Positions 39,845-49,696 of a DNA stretch of 64,000 nucleotides are shown here, piece after piece; position 1 is the first letter of the stretch, and each line of letters begins with the position of its first letter. Location: the NCBI GenBank assembly GCA_048938105.1, contig JBHLMN010000001.1, forward strand, positions 224,001-288,000. The letters run 5' to 3'. A program made the translations under genes and the position numbers. The DNA comes from Promethearchaeota archaeon (GTDB lineage: Archaea > Asgardarchaeota > Heimdallarchaeia > Hodarchaeales > Hodarchaeaceae). The notes below the pieces were generated by a model. That model saw nothing but the letters and a program-made list of their open reading frames with translations, had not been told where the DNA came from and did no database searches.

Positions 39845-40255
39845 CTAGTATAGTATCACATTCTGGCCATCTGAATCATCTTCGGTTGGTGTCGCGGTTT
39901 TAATGCCAGACGAAAGAATTCGGATTAAGTCATTTCGAGTTAATAGAAAGATTCGAATTCTTTCCGCGAGAGATCGTGCTGGGTCGGAAAAGAGATTTGT
40001 GACAATGAGCATTTTTGAAAGAAGGCGATTGTTTTTCATGATCTTTTCGGCACGAATAATGATATCTACGCCAACAGCACGTTTCCAGTCTTTGATCATA
40101 ACTCCAATACCCTCATTTTCATCACCATTTTGGATGATGAGGTCAACATTTTCATTCCGATAATTTTGTACGCCGTGGCTAACAATTAAACCACGTTGGC
40201 GACAGTACTCGAGCGTTAGCTCTTCTAATCCAAGTGAATCATAATTAATCTTCAT
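39845..40255 (-). CDS. Small Mrr-like PD-(D/E)xK restriction-endonuclease-fold protein
   Basis: LEEL...RG...VDLII...VMIKDWKRAVGVDII...LIVTNLFSDPA...IFLLTR. Start at MKINY overlaps the upstream stop. Confidence 0.75.
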   Translation of the reverse strand: MKINYDSLGLEELTLEYCRQRGLIVSHGVQNYRNENVDLIIQNGDENEGIGVMIKDWKRAVGVDIIIRAEKIMKNNRLLSKMLIVTNLFSDPARSLAERIRIFLLTRNDLIRILSSGIKTATPTEDDSDGQNVILY

Positions 40256-41336
40256 GGTAAATCCCCTCTGGGGTGATTCGAGCATCCTTAGTAATGGATG
40301 ATTCAAACGCCAGATGCTCTAAAATGCCAAAGATCGCTCTATTAGGGCGATAGGCTTTCTCACGTTTATCTCGATCTGTTGATTGCTCATAGATCAAATT
40401 AGAATTTAATAAATCAGCTAAATGATGACTAATTGTACTTTTAGTCTTATTCATCATGTAAGTAAGCTCTTTATGAATGATATATTCACGTCTATCAAGT
40501 TCGTTCTGAACCTGAACCTCTCGAACAAGTATTTCGCGGAGAATAGAAATCTTACTTCGTGGAAAACTGCTTAAAACTTTGGGGTTAATTCCAAAGGTAA
40601 AACGCAAACCGTCTGATCCCAGATAGAAATGCTCTTTCAGAATTTGAATAGCAACACCAGGATTACCTAAAGCAAGGGAAGCAATATTCGAAATGGTTGT
40701 ATCAGTAATATGGGAAGAATCTTGCTTTGTGGCACAGACATTTAAACGTCGTTGAAGAAGATGCTCAATTTCAGTCCTGGTAAGGGAAGGCATAACCAAA
40801 AAGTGACGATATGAGATGTCACCAGTCGGAATACACAGGCGACGATAGATTTCAAATTCAGTGCTATCCATGATTGCAATGATTTTAGGGGAGGGAGAGG
40901 AAGAAGACGAATTCAAACTTAATAGGGTCTTATGTAAACGAAAAGCATTATCAAGAAAGAGGATATCGTCAGATTGCACATTAGTGTTGAAAAGGTGTGA
41001 AGCATCCTGATAAATAGTGTTTAATTTATGATAATGTCGAAATTCTTCAAAAATGCGGGCAAAGATTGTTTTACCAGACCCTCGAGGGCCTTTGAGGAAG
41101 AGAATGTCAGAAGGAGAGTCTTGAATAAATTCGATAATCTTGATAATGAGGGATTTGAATTGCGGATTTGTCTCGCCATAAAACGCCATAGGTTGGTGGA
41201 GAGGGAGGAGAGGATCACAGGGATCACACTGATAACCTAATTGCACTAGCTGCTTCCGTTGTTTTCGTTGGATTAAGTCAGACATGGCTGATTCAAATAG
41301 GGTGCCCGGGGGAAGATCATCACGGTCATGACTCAT
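40245..41336 (-). CDS. P-loop (AAA+-like) ATPase with C-terminal ArsR-like winged HTH
   Basis: Walker A GPRGSGKT, Walker B ILFLDN, GNPG, KELTYMMNKTKSTISHHLADLLNSNLI...REKAYR. Confidence 0.8.
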   Translation of the reverse strand: MSHDRDDLPPGTLFESAMSDLIQRKQRKQLVQLGYQCDPCDPLLPLHQPMAFYGETNPQFKSLIIKIIEFIQDSPSDILFLKGPRGSGKTIFARIFEEFRHYHKLNTIYQDASHLFNTNVQSDDILFLDNAFRLHKTLLSLNSSSSSPSPKIIAIMDSTEFEIYRRLCIPTGDISYRHFLVMPSLTRTEIEHLLQRRLNVCATKQDSSHITDTTISNIASLALGNPGVAIQILKEHFYLGSDGLRFTFGINPKVLSSFPRSKISILREILVREVQVQNELDRREYIIHKELTYMMNKTKSTISHHLADLLNSNLIYEQSTDRDKREKAYRPNRAIFGILEHLAFESSITKDARITPEGIYHED

Positions 41337-42658
41337 GGGGACTCCCTCCTAGCAACAAGAATGGTGGATAGCTTGATATCATATTTCTTGGGTTTGAGGC
41401 GATGGAAGACAGTGATAATTTCCAAGGCGCTAGCGATGTGGGAATCCCAATCAATACAAATTATCTTTGAACGAGCGTCAACCACATCGTCGATCGCTGA
41501 TAAGATAGGAACGGGTAAAGAGGATGTTAGAGGTTTGAGATGGTAATTCATGGTAGACAGATTAACACCCAATGCATTTGCAAGAGAAGTGCTACGTAAA
41601 CCATCCACACCCGTGTTTGGGAAGAAGTAGCGTTCCCGAAGTTGATGATTAAGGAGTAAAAAAATAATCTCTCGCCGTTTCGCTGTAAGAAGACTTGCTA
41701 TTTCCTCGTCAGCATTATTGTCTATAGATTCAACTAAACGAACAACTAAATCATAACCTAACCGCTGTATTAAGGGTTTGATTGTATCTATTGTTGCTTT
41801 ATCAAGGTCTTGTAAGATTAATTCGTGCAAACAAAACGAAGCAAATTGTAATGCGAGTAATGGGATCCCTAAACTGTGATCTGCAATTAATTCGATGATT
41901 TCTTGTGAAAAAAAGTTGGTAGGGAGGCGAGCAACTTTGATACGCTGAGATAATAGTTTCATTATTTCGTATTTGGAAAATACTGGGAAAAAGAAGTGGC
42001 GAGGATGAAAAAAGGTAAGAAAAGATCGAGAGAGTTCAAGATATTCATCCTCCAAAAGAACAGTCAAGGTCAAACTATTTACAAAACCAATAACAATGAC
42101 ACCATGCTGCGCTTGAGTTTCAATTTCAGTAATAAACTCCCTAATACGGGGAATCGCAGCTGTACCAGTGATAGTATAATCTAAGTTGTTAATGAAAATG
42201 ATGAGAGGCTTCTCAACAAGTTGAATTCGATTGAGAAAATCTTCATATGTTTCTAAGACTTTAGTAGAGGAACTGAAAGGCTCTAATATCTCACGAGGTT
42301 CACGCCAATCAGATAAATCGGTATATAAAGTGTCATAATCTTGAAAACCAATGTGATCCCATTCACGGTCGAAATGACGGGCTAAAGAAGATTTACCACA
42401 GCCTCGCAAACCATGAGCCAGAAGATGTCGAAACGGGGACTGAGAATCTTCAAATAAACGAATCGCATTCCCAATACGAATGGCAAAGTCGTATAGAACA
42501 TCCTCGCGCTCAATTAGAAAGTCAGGATTATGGGGATCAATATCAGGGCTGAAAGGGTCTTGGGTGAGACCAAAACGTTCAAACGCGGATTCTTTAACAA
42601 GCTTGCCAGAACGGCCAGCTTTTAAGGCCTCACGAAGCCGGTCAGCCAACTTAGTCAC
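41333..42658 (-). CDS. P-loop (AAA+/ExeA/Cdc6-like) ATPase with C-terminal winged HTH
   Basis: FERFGLTQDPFS, Walker A GLRGCGKSS, degenerate Walker B IIFINNLD, GIP, SLANALGVNLSTMNYHLKPL. GTG start at 42658 after an AGGTG RBS. Confidence 0.8.
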   Translation of the reverse strand: MTKLADRLREALKAGRSGKLVKESAFERFGLTQDPFSPDIDPHNPDFLIEREDVLYDFAIRIGNAIRLFEDSQSPFRHLLAHGLRGCGKSSLARHFDREWDHIGFQDYDTLYTDLSDWREPREILEPFSSSTKVLETYEDFLNRIQLVEKPLIIFINNLDYTITGTAAIPRIREFITEIETQAQHGVIVIGFVNSLTLTVLLEDEYLELSRSFLTFFHPRHFFFPVFSKYEIMKLLSQRIKVARLPTNFFSQEIIELIADHSLGIPLLALQFASFCLHELILQDLDKATIDTIKPLIQRLGYDLVVRLVESIDNNADEEIASLLTAKRREIIFLLLNHQLRERYFFPNTGVDGLRSTSLANALGVNLSTMNYHLKPLTSSLPVPILSAIDDVVDARSKIICIDWDSHIASALEIITVFHRLKPKKYDIKLSTILVARRESP

Positions 42659-42684
42659 GAGATACAGACACCTACGCAAGCGAT

Positions 42685-42714
42685 GATTCGCGAGAATCGA
42701 GCTTATAAAGTCGA
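42685..42714 (-). promoter_or_regulatory. Putative TATA-box promoter with an overlapping palindromic operator for the ATPase operon
   Basis: TTTATAAG (minus strand) lies inside the near-palindrome TCGAGCTTATAAAGTCGA. The inverted repeat GATTC-GCGA-GAATC (42685-42698) is just downstream. Confidence 0.45.
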
Positions 42715-42983
42715 GAAGATTGGAATGAAATGAGGAAATAATGGTGAACGAGGAGGAAAGGGCAGTCACTCACACAGGAGAGGGCAGGAGGAGTGAAGAG
42801 GGGCACGAGATAAGCTCGCCCGCATCTTTTCGAACTAATCGAACCATTCCTTATAAACCTAACTCTAGGCGCTTCTTTATAAATAAAATTCATTCCCTTA
42901 GATACAAAGTAACTATTAGGTCTCGTTTTATAACTTAATATTAATTACGATATCATTACAAAGTCATCATTATCGAACTAACT

Positions 42984-44243
42984 TCATCGATACTTATATC
43001 GTTCTTTGGTAAAGTCTACGGGTAGCTCCCCTGTCTCCAGATACCTTCTGAGTGCCTCGCGTTTCCAGTTAAACTCTGTGATGGTCTTCTGGCGAACCGT
43101 CTCGCTCGCCAAGTATGCCTGTATTTCCGCCCGTAACTCCTGATAAAGATTCTCTGCCAGTGCCTGTGCTTTTTCGAAGAATGCTTCGTCCGCTGTCGTC
43201 CCTAGCGTTTCTTCAGTGTCATCAATCCTATGATCCTTAAATGCTTCATGAATGTGGAACACTCCTGCTTCTGTCTTCCCCCATTCTTTTATTTCATGCT
43301 CTATCTCCATTTTCAACCCCAAACTCCTTATTGTATCCTTGAGGATCACTTCCAGCATCTCCACTTCCTCGGTGATATCCGCGAGTTCTTCTACCTCAGG
43401 GAAGTTCTCTTCCACCTTGAACAGTCGCGCCATCTTCTTGAACAGGAGCTTTTGCATCTCGAACTGAATGCGTGGGATCATCTCCAGCACCCTCGCGTGG
43501 AACTTGTTGCTGTACTCTTCTGGTCTTAAGTCCCCGAACTCTTCCTCCAGTTCTACCCTGTATTTGTCATAGTTGAACACTGTTTCAAATCCCTCACGGT
43601 TCTTTAAGTCCGAATAAACATCTTTTTTCAGCATAGGCCACATCATCTTCTCGGGGTAACCTTTTATCATCTTCTCAGTATAAATAAATGCGTTATACTG
43701 ACCCATCAGGTACCCAATCTGATCTGCCAAGTCAGTTGCGTCTAACTCTGCCTCTGTTTTCGGATAGTATGGGTAATTCTTATCGATACCCTTCCAGTGA
43801 TACAGAAATTGGTTATCTGGCATCCCCCCTTCCGTTTTTTCGTGATTTTCAAGTGTTTCTGAATGTGGTGGGAACACCAACTTGATTCCTTTTAGCCGTG
43901 CACTTACTTCTTCTTCCTTTAATATGTAGATCTTGTTGCAATGTCGTTCACAGTGAAAGATCATATAACCTTCATCTGTGGTTTTTAGTTTCCCTGTTAC
44001 GGCAAAAGCGTCCGTTTTTTCGTTACACCCTGGACAAGTAACGTTAGTGATCTCAGCTACATAAGTGGTTGACACTGTCAGCCCATCTATCGTAATAAAA
44101 GCGGGTCGTGATCTATACTGATGCATTCCCTTAAGCAGCCCCTCTGATATTTTTTTAAAAGACGGTTTTGCCACCAGATCTCTAAGTGACACCTCAGGTA
44201 CAATTGTTCTCACATTATTCTCTCCTTTATTTGACCACACCAT
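42984..44243 (-). CDS. Hypothetical protein with N-terminal Zn ribbon and acidic helical C-terminus; foreign-looking codon usage
   Basis: 419-aa ORF with CPGC...CERHC; visibly more G/C-ending codons than its neighbours. Confidence 0.7.
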   Translation of the reverse strand: MVWSNKGENNVRTIVPEVSLRDLVAKPSFKKISEGLLKGMHQYRSRPAFITIDGLTVSTTYVAEITNVTCPGCNEKTDAFAVTGKLKTTDEGYMIFHCERHCNKIYILKEEEVSARLKGIKLVFPPHSETLENHEKTEGGMPDNQFLYHWKGIDKNYPYYPKTEAELDATDLADQIGYLMGQYNAFIYTEKMIKGYPEKMMWPMLKKDVYSDLKNREGFETVFNYDKYRVELEEEFGDLRPEEYSNKFHARVLEMIPRIQFEMQKLLFKKMARLFKVEENFPEVEELADITEEVEMLEVILKDTIRSLGLKMEIEHEIKEWGKTEAGVFHIHEAFKDHRIDDTEETLGTTADEAFFEKAQALAENLYQELRAEIQAYLASETVRQKTITEFNWKREALRRYLETGELPVDFTKERYKYR

Positions 44244-44736
44244 CTCTTATACTTTATAATTCCAATTTTTCTTTATAAGACTATACCCGAGAACTCCGAA
44301 AGTGCTGAAAGTGATCAGCATTTATGTCTAAGATAGTAGCCCCCGTCCCACGCGCTCGCTGTAATCTTCCCCGTACCACTCGAACTTTGCGAAGTCGTAT
44401 GGTAGCTGTCGTTGAATGAACCACATGACCACAATCCGCCCTACTGTCCCATCTATGTCGTAGATCCAGTCGTACACTACTACCATCTGTCTTAAAGCCG
44501 TGCGCGATACCTTACCTGAGTACTCTTCCTACCCCTTACCTCGACTCCCTCGTAAGACCCGAAAGGTGCTTACCAACAAATTGTGGCAACTCGACCAAAT
44601 CAAAGTCCATTTATAATAAAATGAAAGAAGGGGGTGAATGCAGTTTTTGATACTGTAGCACGGAGTGTCGTTAACTTTATAAGTTATTGAGTTCATAAAA
44701 CTCAAATTAAATCTATGAAAATCCAAGGAGGATTGG

Positions 44737-47046
44737 TTGGGTTTGACAAAATTAAATGTGAAATCGAATTTTATTATAATGATAGTTCTTAGCTTATTTC
44801 TTGTAGGAAGTCTTAGAAGTCTCACCAACAATATTGAACTATTAGAGAAAGATCAAAGCGATCTCCAGGAACAATACTTAGAGGCACTCCAAGATTCAGG
44901 GAACAACCCTGATATAAACGAGGATAGCAGAGGGAAAATCGAGGGAATCACTAGTTATGAGGAGCATGCTCCTATATCTATTACTAGCAATACTGATTTC
45001 AATAATACTGCTGATGCTGAAGGATGGCCTGGGAATGGCTCTGTTGTCAACCCGTATATTATACAGGGACTCAATATCACGGGTCAATCAGGGGATAGCT
45101 TGATTTTTATAGAATTCACAAATGTCTATTTTCAGATAAATAACTGTCTTTTAGCGGGTGGTGATTATGGATTATTCCTGTCTAGTATTAGTAATGGTTT
45201 GATATCCAATAACACCATTGTTTCCAACACTTGTGGATGTTGGCTTGAAAGTTCCCAGAACACCATTTTTTTCAATAATTCTTTCTCTGACAACCAATAT
45301 GGAGTTTATCTTATGTCCTCCTCAAATAATAATCTTCTAAATAATTCTTTCTCCAGTAACTTCAAAAGTGGAGTGCTTTTTATTAGTTCAGGTAACAATA
45401 GGATCGTGAATAATAGCTTCATCAATAGCGGTCTTTTCATTTCTTCTGGTACTCTTTCGGATTGTATACAGGCCGAAGTAACTAATAATACTGTAAATGG
45501 AAAACCTCTAATATATTGGCAGAATATTAATGGAGGAACTATCCCAAGTGGGGCTGGTCAAATCATCCTAGTCAATTGCCAATCAGTCACAATAACTGGT
45601 CAGAACATATCTGATACTAGTGGAGGACTACAGGTAGTTCACAGTTCTAACGTGACCATATCCAATAATATCGCTTCTGACAATGCATATGCGGGAATTA
45701 CACTTTATTATTCAACAGGAAATATGCTTTTCAATAATTATATCTTGGACAATTACTATGAAGGAATAAAACTATTTTACTCAGAAAATAATGAGATTTC
45801 AAACAATACTATAGCATATAACTCATTTGGAATCCTTGTTGAAGACTCCTCGATTAGTAATGCTATTCTCAACAATATGGTTCTCAACAATTCTTATGGA
45901 ATATGGCTTAGAGCGTTTACTTCCACAAACACCATTTCAGGTAATACAGTCTCTTACAACTCTAACTATGGAATTTTTGTTCAACTATCTACAAATAATG
46001 ACATCTATGGTAATACCATCTCCGATAATGATGGTTACGGAGTCTTATTAGCTGGCTCAGAAAATAATATAATTATTTGGAACGATTTCAAAAATAACAA
46101 TCTTGGTGGCTCCTCTCAGGGATCCGATGTCAGCAATACTGGTCTAGCTAACACTTTTGACTACAACTACTGGAATGAATGGACCACACCAGATATGAAT
46201 AGTGATGGTATTGTAGATAATTCCTATGTAATTGATGGTGATTCAGACAACCAAGATTCACATCCCTTAACCTCTCCCTCACACCTTTCACCAACAATTA
46301 TTACTTTTCCTAATGGTGATTGCACTCTTAATGGCATTATCACTATCCAATGGTCATCAACCATTGACCAGTGGGGCCATATGGTCACGTATACGGTTTA
46401 TTACTCCAATGATAGTGGTAGTACATGGTTTACTTTGGTATCAGGCCTGGATGACACCAGTTACCAGTGGGATACTACCACAGTACTTGATGGGTCAGAA
46501 TACCTGCTTAAAGTGGTTGCCACTTGTTATGCTGGTCTAACTACGGAAGATGTTACTGATTCCACCTTTACTATTCAAAATGCTATGGTTACTTCTCCTT
46601 CGGCCCCTCAAAGTCTAACTGCGACAGCAGGAGAATTATCTATCTACTTAAGTTGGACTGCACCTAGTAACGATGGTGGATCAACTATTACTGGCTATCG
46701 TGTATATCGTGGGACCAGTAATGGAGTATACCTCCTTATCTTCATTGCTTCAGACACCAACTACACCGATACTCTAGTTAATGGTAGTGTGACCTACTAT
46801 TACGTAATCACAGCAATTAATGCTGTTGGTGAAAGTGCTTTTTCCATTGAGGTCAGTGCTACTCCAACAACACCTGCAACAACCCAAATACCTACTACTA
46901 TCACGACCTCTACCACCACTCAAGAGACCACTTCTGAAACAACGACGACGACAAAGGCAGCAGCAGGTGCGTTCCCTGGGGTGTTAGTAATTCTGGTAGT
47001 CTTTAGTACCCTTGTGGTATTTCCTCGAAGACGAAAGAAAACGTAA
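44737..47046 (+). CDS. Cell-surface protein: NosD/CASH beta-helix repeats, Ig-like and fibronectin type III domains, Thr-rich linker, C-terminal sorting signal
   Basis: Signal peptide; NNxIxxNxxGIxL repeats; NYWNEW..PD...DG; PSAPQSL...LSWTAPSNDGGSTITGYRVYR; TTTT linker; FPG-TM-RRRKKT. Confidence 0.9.
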   Translation: MGLTKLNVKSNFIIMIVLSLFLVGSLRSLTNNIELLEKDQSDLQEQYLEALQDSGNNPDINEDSRGKIEGITSYEEHAPISITSNTDFNNTADAEGWPGNGSVVNPYIIQGLNITGQSGDSLIFIEFTNVYFQINNCLLAGGDYGLFLSSISNGLISNNTIVSNTCGCWLESSQNTIFFNNSFSDNQYGVYLMSSSNNNLLNNSFSSNFKSGVLFISSGNNRIVNNSFINSGLFISSGTLSDCIQAEVTNNTVNGKPLIYWQNINGGTIPSGAGQIILVNCQSVTITGQNISDTSGGLQVVHSSNVTISNNIASDNAYAGITLYYSTGNMLFNNYILDNYYEGIKLFYSENNEISNNTIAYNSFGILVEDSSISNAILNNMVLNNSYGIWLRAFTSTNTISGNTVSYNSNYGIFVQLSTNNDIYGNTISDNDGYGVLLAGSENNIIIWNDFKNNNLGGSSQGSDVSNTGLANTFDYNYWNEWTTPDMNSDGIVDNSYVIDGDSDNQDSHPLTSPSHLSPTIITFPNGDCTLNGIITIQWSSTIDQWGHMVTYTVYYSNDSGSTWFTLVSGLDDTSYQWDTTTVLDGSEYLLKVVATCYAGLTTEDVTDSTFTIQNAMVTSPSAPQSLTATAGELSIYLSWTAPSNDGGSTITGYRVYRGTSNGVYLLIFIASDTNYTDTLVNGSVTYYYVITAINAVGESAFSIEVSATPTTPATTQIPTTITTSTTTQETTSETTTTTKAAAGAFPGVLVILVVFSTLVVFPRRRKKT

Positions 47047-47432
47047 ACCATTTTCAATCCCTCTTTTCTCCTAAAAAGCGGGTTAGATAGCCTTATAATG
47101 TGAATAAAATCAAAAGACTCCTCATTCACATGTTATATTAAGTGATTCGGAGGATGTACAAACACCTTCTCAAAAAATATTGACATTGATGAATTTGTCA
47201 ATCTCTTTTCATTTATTCCAGTTTTGAATTACATATTCTATTTGAATTTATACACATTCCAGTTTTAAGTCATTTTATTCATTAAGGTTGGTAAAAGTGT
47301 AGTTTTATCTCAGCATAAGAAGGACAATTTTTACTAGTTTTTTTTTATTTATAGATATTTGTTACTAGAGAAACGGACATATATTTCTAGATTCATCATT
47401 TCCTTTATCAGGACAAGAACAACACCTAAAGT

Positions 47433-47645
47433 GTGCTAATCTTTGGGGATATAGGCTTTTCATTCTTGAGTAAAGACGAGATTAGACATAGATTACACAT
47501 TCTTACTTCACCTAAGTATAGCCAAAAACACCAAATAGTTGTTTCTCATTGCCCTCCGTTTCAATGTCTTGACCTTGCTTGCCGTTTAAGCCAAACGTTC
47601 CTCGGATCAAAAGGATTAAGAGAAACACTTGAGTACCTTCTGTGA
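47433..47645 (+). pseudogene. Fragment of an Icc-like metallophosphoesterase
   Basis: IVVSHCPPFQCLD...LGSKGLRE matches the HxPP...GS..LR segment. The N-terminal DxH/GD/GNHD motifs and the C-terminal GHxH are missing. Confidence 0.5.
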
Positions 47646-47725
47646 TACTACCCTCTCGCCAACCATACTCCTTAGTGGGGATCTCGCGTGGAGAAAATTC
47701 GAGATTCTTTCTTCTGGGATAAAAA

Positions 47726-48157
47726 CTATAACGAGCTCTGAGAATCGACATAAAAAGTGAGAAACACTAATGTCGGTATCTTTGATTGAATCCGTTTGAA
47801 GTGGTATACATAGTAACTTGACCGAGGCATGTACACCTCAAGTAAAAAGGGAGAGGAAGGTGTCAACCCAAGTAGTGTTTCTACCACCCACTGTTCCAGT
47901 TTGTTACCTAGAAGATAATATTGGCTCTTTTTCTTCTGAAAAATAAAGGGTAACATTAATTGATCATTCAGTGTGTTTGGTACTATCTGTTTTAGGATTT
48001 CGAGTTCTGAAATCTCCACATACGATTCTTCCCCATTCTTCAGTTCAATTTCTGGATGATTGAGAAGTGATGTCAAAGATTTTTTCGTTTTGGGCAATGA
48101 ACCAATAATTTTGGCCTTTTCTGACTCCCACAATCCTTCCAGTAGTTTTTTTGACAT
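47726..48157 (-). CDS. DUF61 family archaeal protein
   Basis: LPKTKKSLTSLL..P.I.LKNGE......EL..L......L.LP pattern. Confidence 0.7.
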   Translation of the reverse strand: MSKKLLEGLWESEKAKIIGSLPKTKKSLTSLLNHPEIELKNGEESYVEISELEILKQIVPNTLNDQLMLPFIFQKKKSQYYLLGNKLEQWVVETLLGLTPSSPFLLEVYMPRSSYYVYHFKRIQSKIPTLVFLTFYVDSQSSL

Positions 48158-48189
48158 CCCTTATCGTTCTCTCTATTTTTTGGCCAGTT

Positions 48190-48915
48190 TTACCGACGCC
48201 GAGGACGAAATTTTACCTCAGTCTTTTTTGTGGTCTCTTCTACCCCTGCGACTGATTCCGTTAGTTCTCGCAACTCTTTTAGGCGATCCTTTTCTTTTTG
48301 AAAGCTTTTGGCCTCTTTAACAGATTTACTTTCTTCACTTGATAGTGCTGACTTGTATGTGCGTGATACCTGAAAACGCCATAAGATAAATCCTCCCCCC
48401 AATAGAACTGCGCCTCCTCCAATTATTAATAGCTCCGTTAAACCTTCATATGGAGTTGAGGATTCTGTGGTGGTAGATGTTACAATGGTTGTGTGTTCTG
48501 ACGCATCATACAGAATTGCGAGTATTTTGATATGATAATAAAAATCCTCATCACTTAACCCATGGTCTTCTGCTTTTATCATGAAATCTTTTTCTTGATT
48601 CACTCGCATTCCAATCATGGCATTTATAAACGGTTGAACATAGATTTGTTTTAGACTTTCTTCTGCTGATTCAGGAAATTGGTTTACAACGGTATTAGGA
48701 ATTTTTTCATCTTGAGTTCTTCTAAGATAGACATACTCCAAATCTACATCAATATTCCCTGCTTTTTCGATAGTATGTGCCTCGTCCAACCACAGAGAAT
48801 AATTAACGTTTAATACATCTCCGTAGTCCACAGGCTCCGCAGCAGTAATTGGATTAAGATTAAGAGTCCATAAACTCAAGAATAGCGTTATTAGTACAAA
48901 TCTTCTATGCAACAC
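48190..48915 (-). CDS. Membrane-anchored extracellular FKBP-type PPIase-like protein
   Basis: Signal peptide; VDYGDVLNVNYSL; FINAMIGMRVNQEKDFMIKAED; YYHIKIL; Thr-rich linker; TM; charged cytoplasmic tail. Confidence 0.65.
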   Translation of the reverse strand: MLHRRFVLITLFLSLWTLNLNPITAAEPVDYGDVLNVNYSLWLDEAHTIEKAGNIDVDLEYVYLRRTQDEKIPNTVVNQFPESAEESLKQIYVQPFINAMIGMRVNQEKDFMIKAEDHGLSDEDFYYHIKILAILYDASEHTTIVTSTTTESSTPYEGLTELLIIGGGAVLLGGGFILWRFQVSRTYKSALSSEESKSVKEAKSFQKEKDRLKELRELTESVAGVEETTKKTEVKFRPRRR

Positions 48916-49210
48916 AGTCCGATCGCCTGAAATTGTCTTGTTTGAGGGCGTTTCTTATGGATTCTTTAACCTTTTTTGATGCCAATCTATTCTCAATTCA
49001 ACTAGGTTTTTATCGAAGGAGAGTATAATTTCAATTGACTTCCAATGATATTCCTCCTAAACTAGAAATAACCAGTTATTTAATGATATTTTCTGACATT
49101 AAAGAATAAAATAGTTGTATTAGCTAAATTAAAACAGCAATCATCCAATTATATTGAGTAAGAATGTTTAATATAAGAGAAACCAATGTATGTCTTTCAG
49201 GTTGAGGTAA

Positions 49211-49648
49211 GTGGATCGTCCTAATGGTTACAATATCTTATTAGTTGATGATGATATTGAGCAAGCGCTTTTCATAAAACAAATTCTTGAAACGTCTTTC
49301 TCGAATGAGATTGTTGTTTTTTGGTATGAAAATGGTGAGGCAGCTCTAGACTTTCTTGATGTTAAAACATCCCCCACAATCTCATTAATTCTATTGGAAA
49401 TTGAAAGCACTACTTTTGATGGTGTATCGGTTTTAAAACGGCTTAAAAGTGTTTCTTCACGCCATAGAATCATTCCCATCATTATCTTTTCACGATCACA
49501 AGACCAACCAAGAATTAAACGTTGTTTTTCCCTTGGCGTCAACTCATGGGTTAAGAAACCATCCGATCCTAGGGTCTTCCGAGATACCCTTGGGATCATT
49601 CTTGAATTCTGGCTTACTCATGCCATTTTACCATCCTCTCTTACATAA
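49211..49648 (+). CDS. Response regulator (Rcp1-like REC), atypical phosphoacceptor
   Basis: ILLVDDD, LILLEIE (Glu in place of Asp), GVNSWVKKP, FW. Confidence 0.85.
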   Translation: MDRPNGYNILLVDDDIEQALFIKQILETSFSNEIVVFWYENGEAALDFLDVKTSPTISLILLEIESTTFDGVSVLKRLKSVSSRHRIIPIIIFSRSQDQPRIKRCFSLGVNSWVKKPSDPRVFRDTLGIILEFWLTHAILPSSLT

Positions 49649-49696
49649 TTTGATCTATTTAGTTTCATTAATGGTATAAATCGTGAGATGTAGCGT

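Noticed and set aside
40245-42658. Firm orc1/cdc6 call
   Set aside because: The domain layout is similar, but the typical Orc1 motifs (e.g. GxxGTGKT, LDEiD) and clear ORB boxes were not seen.
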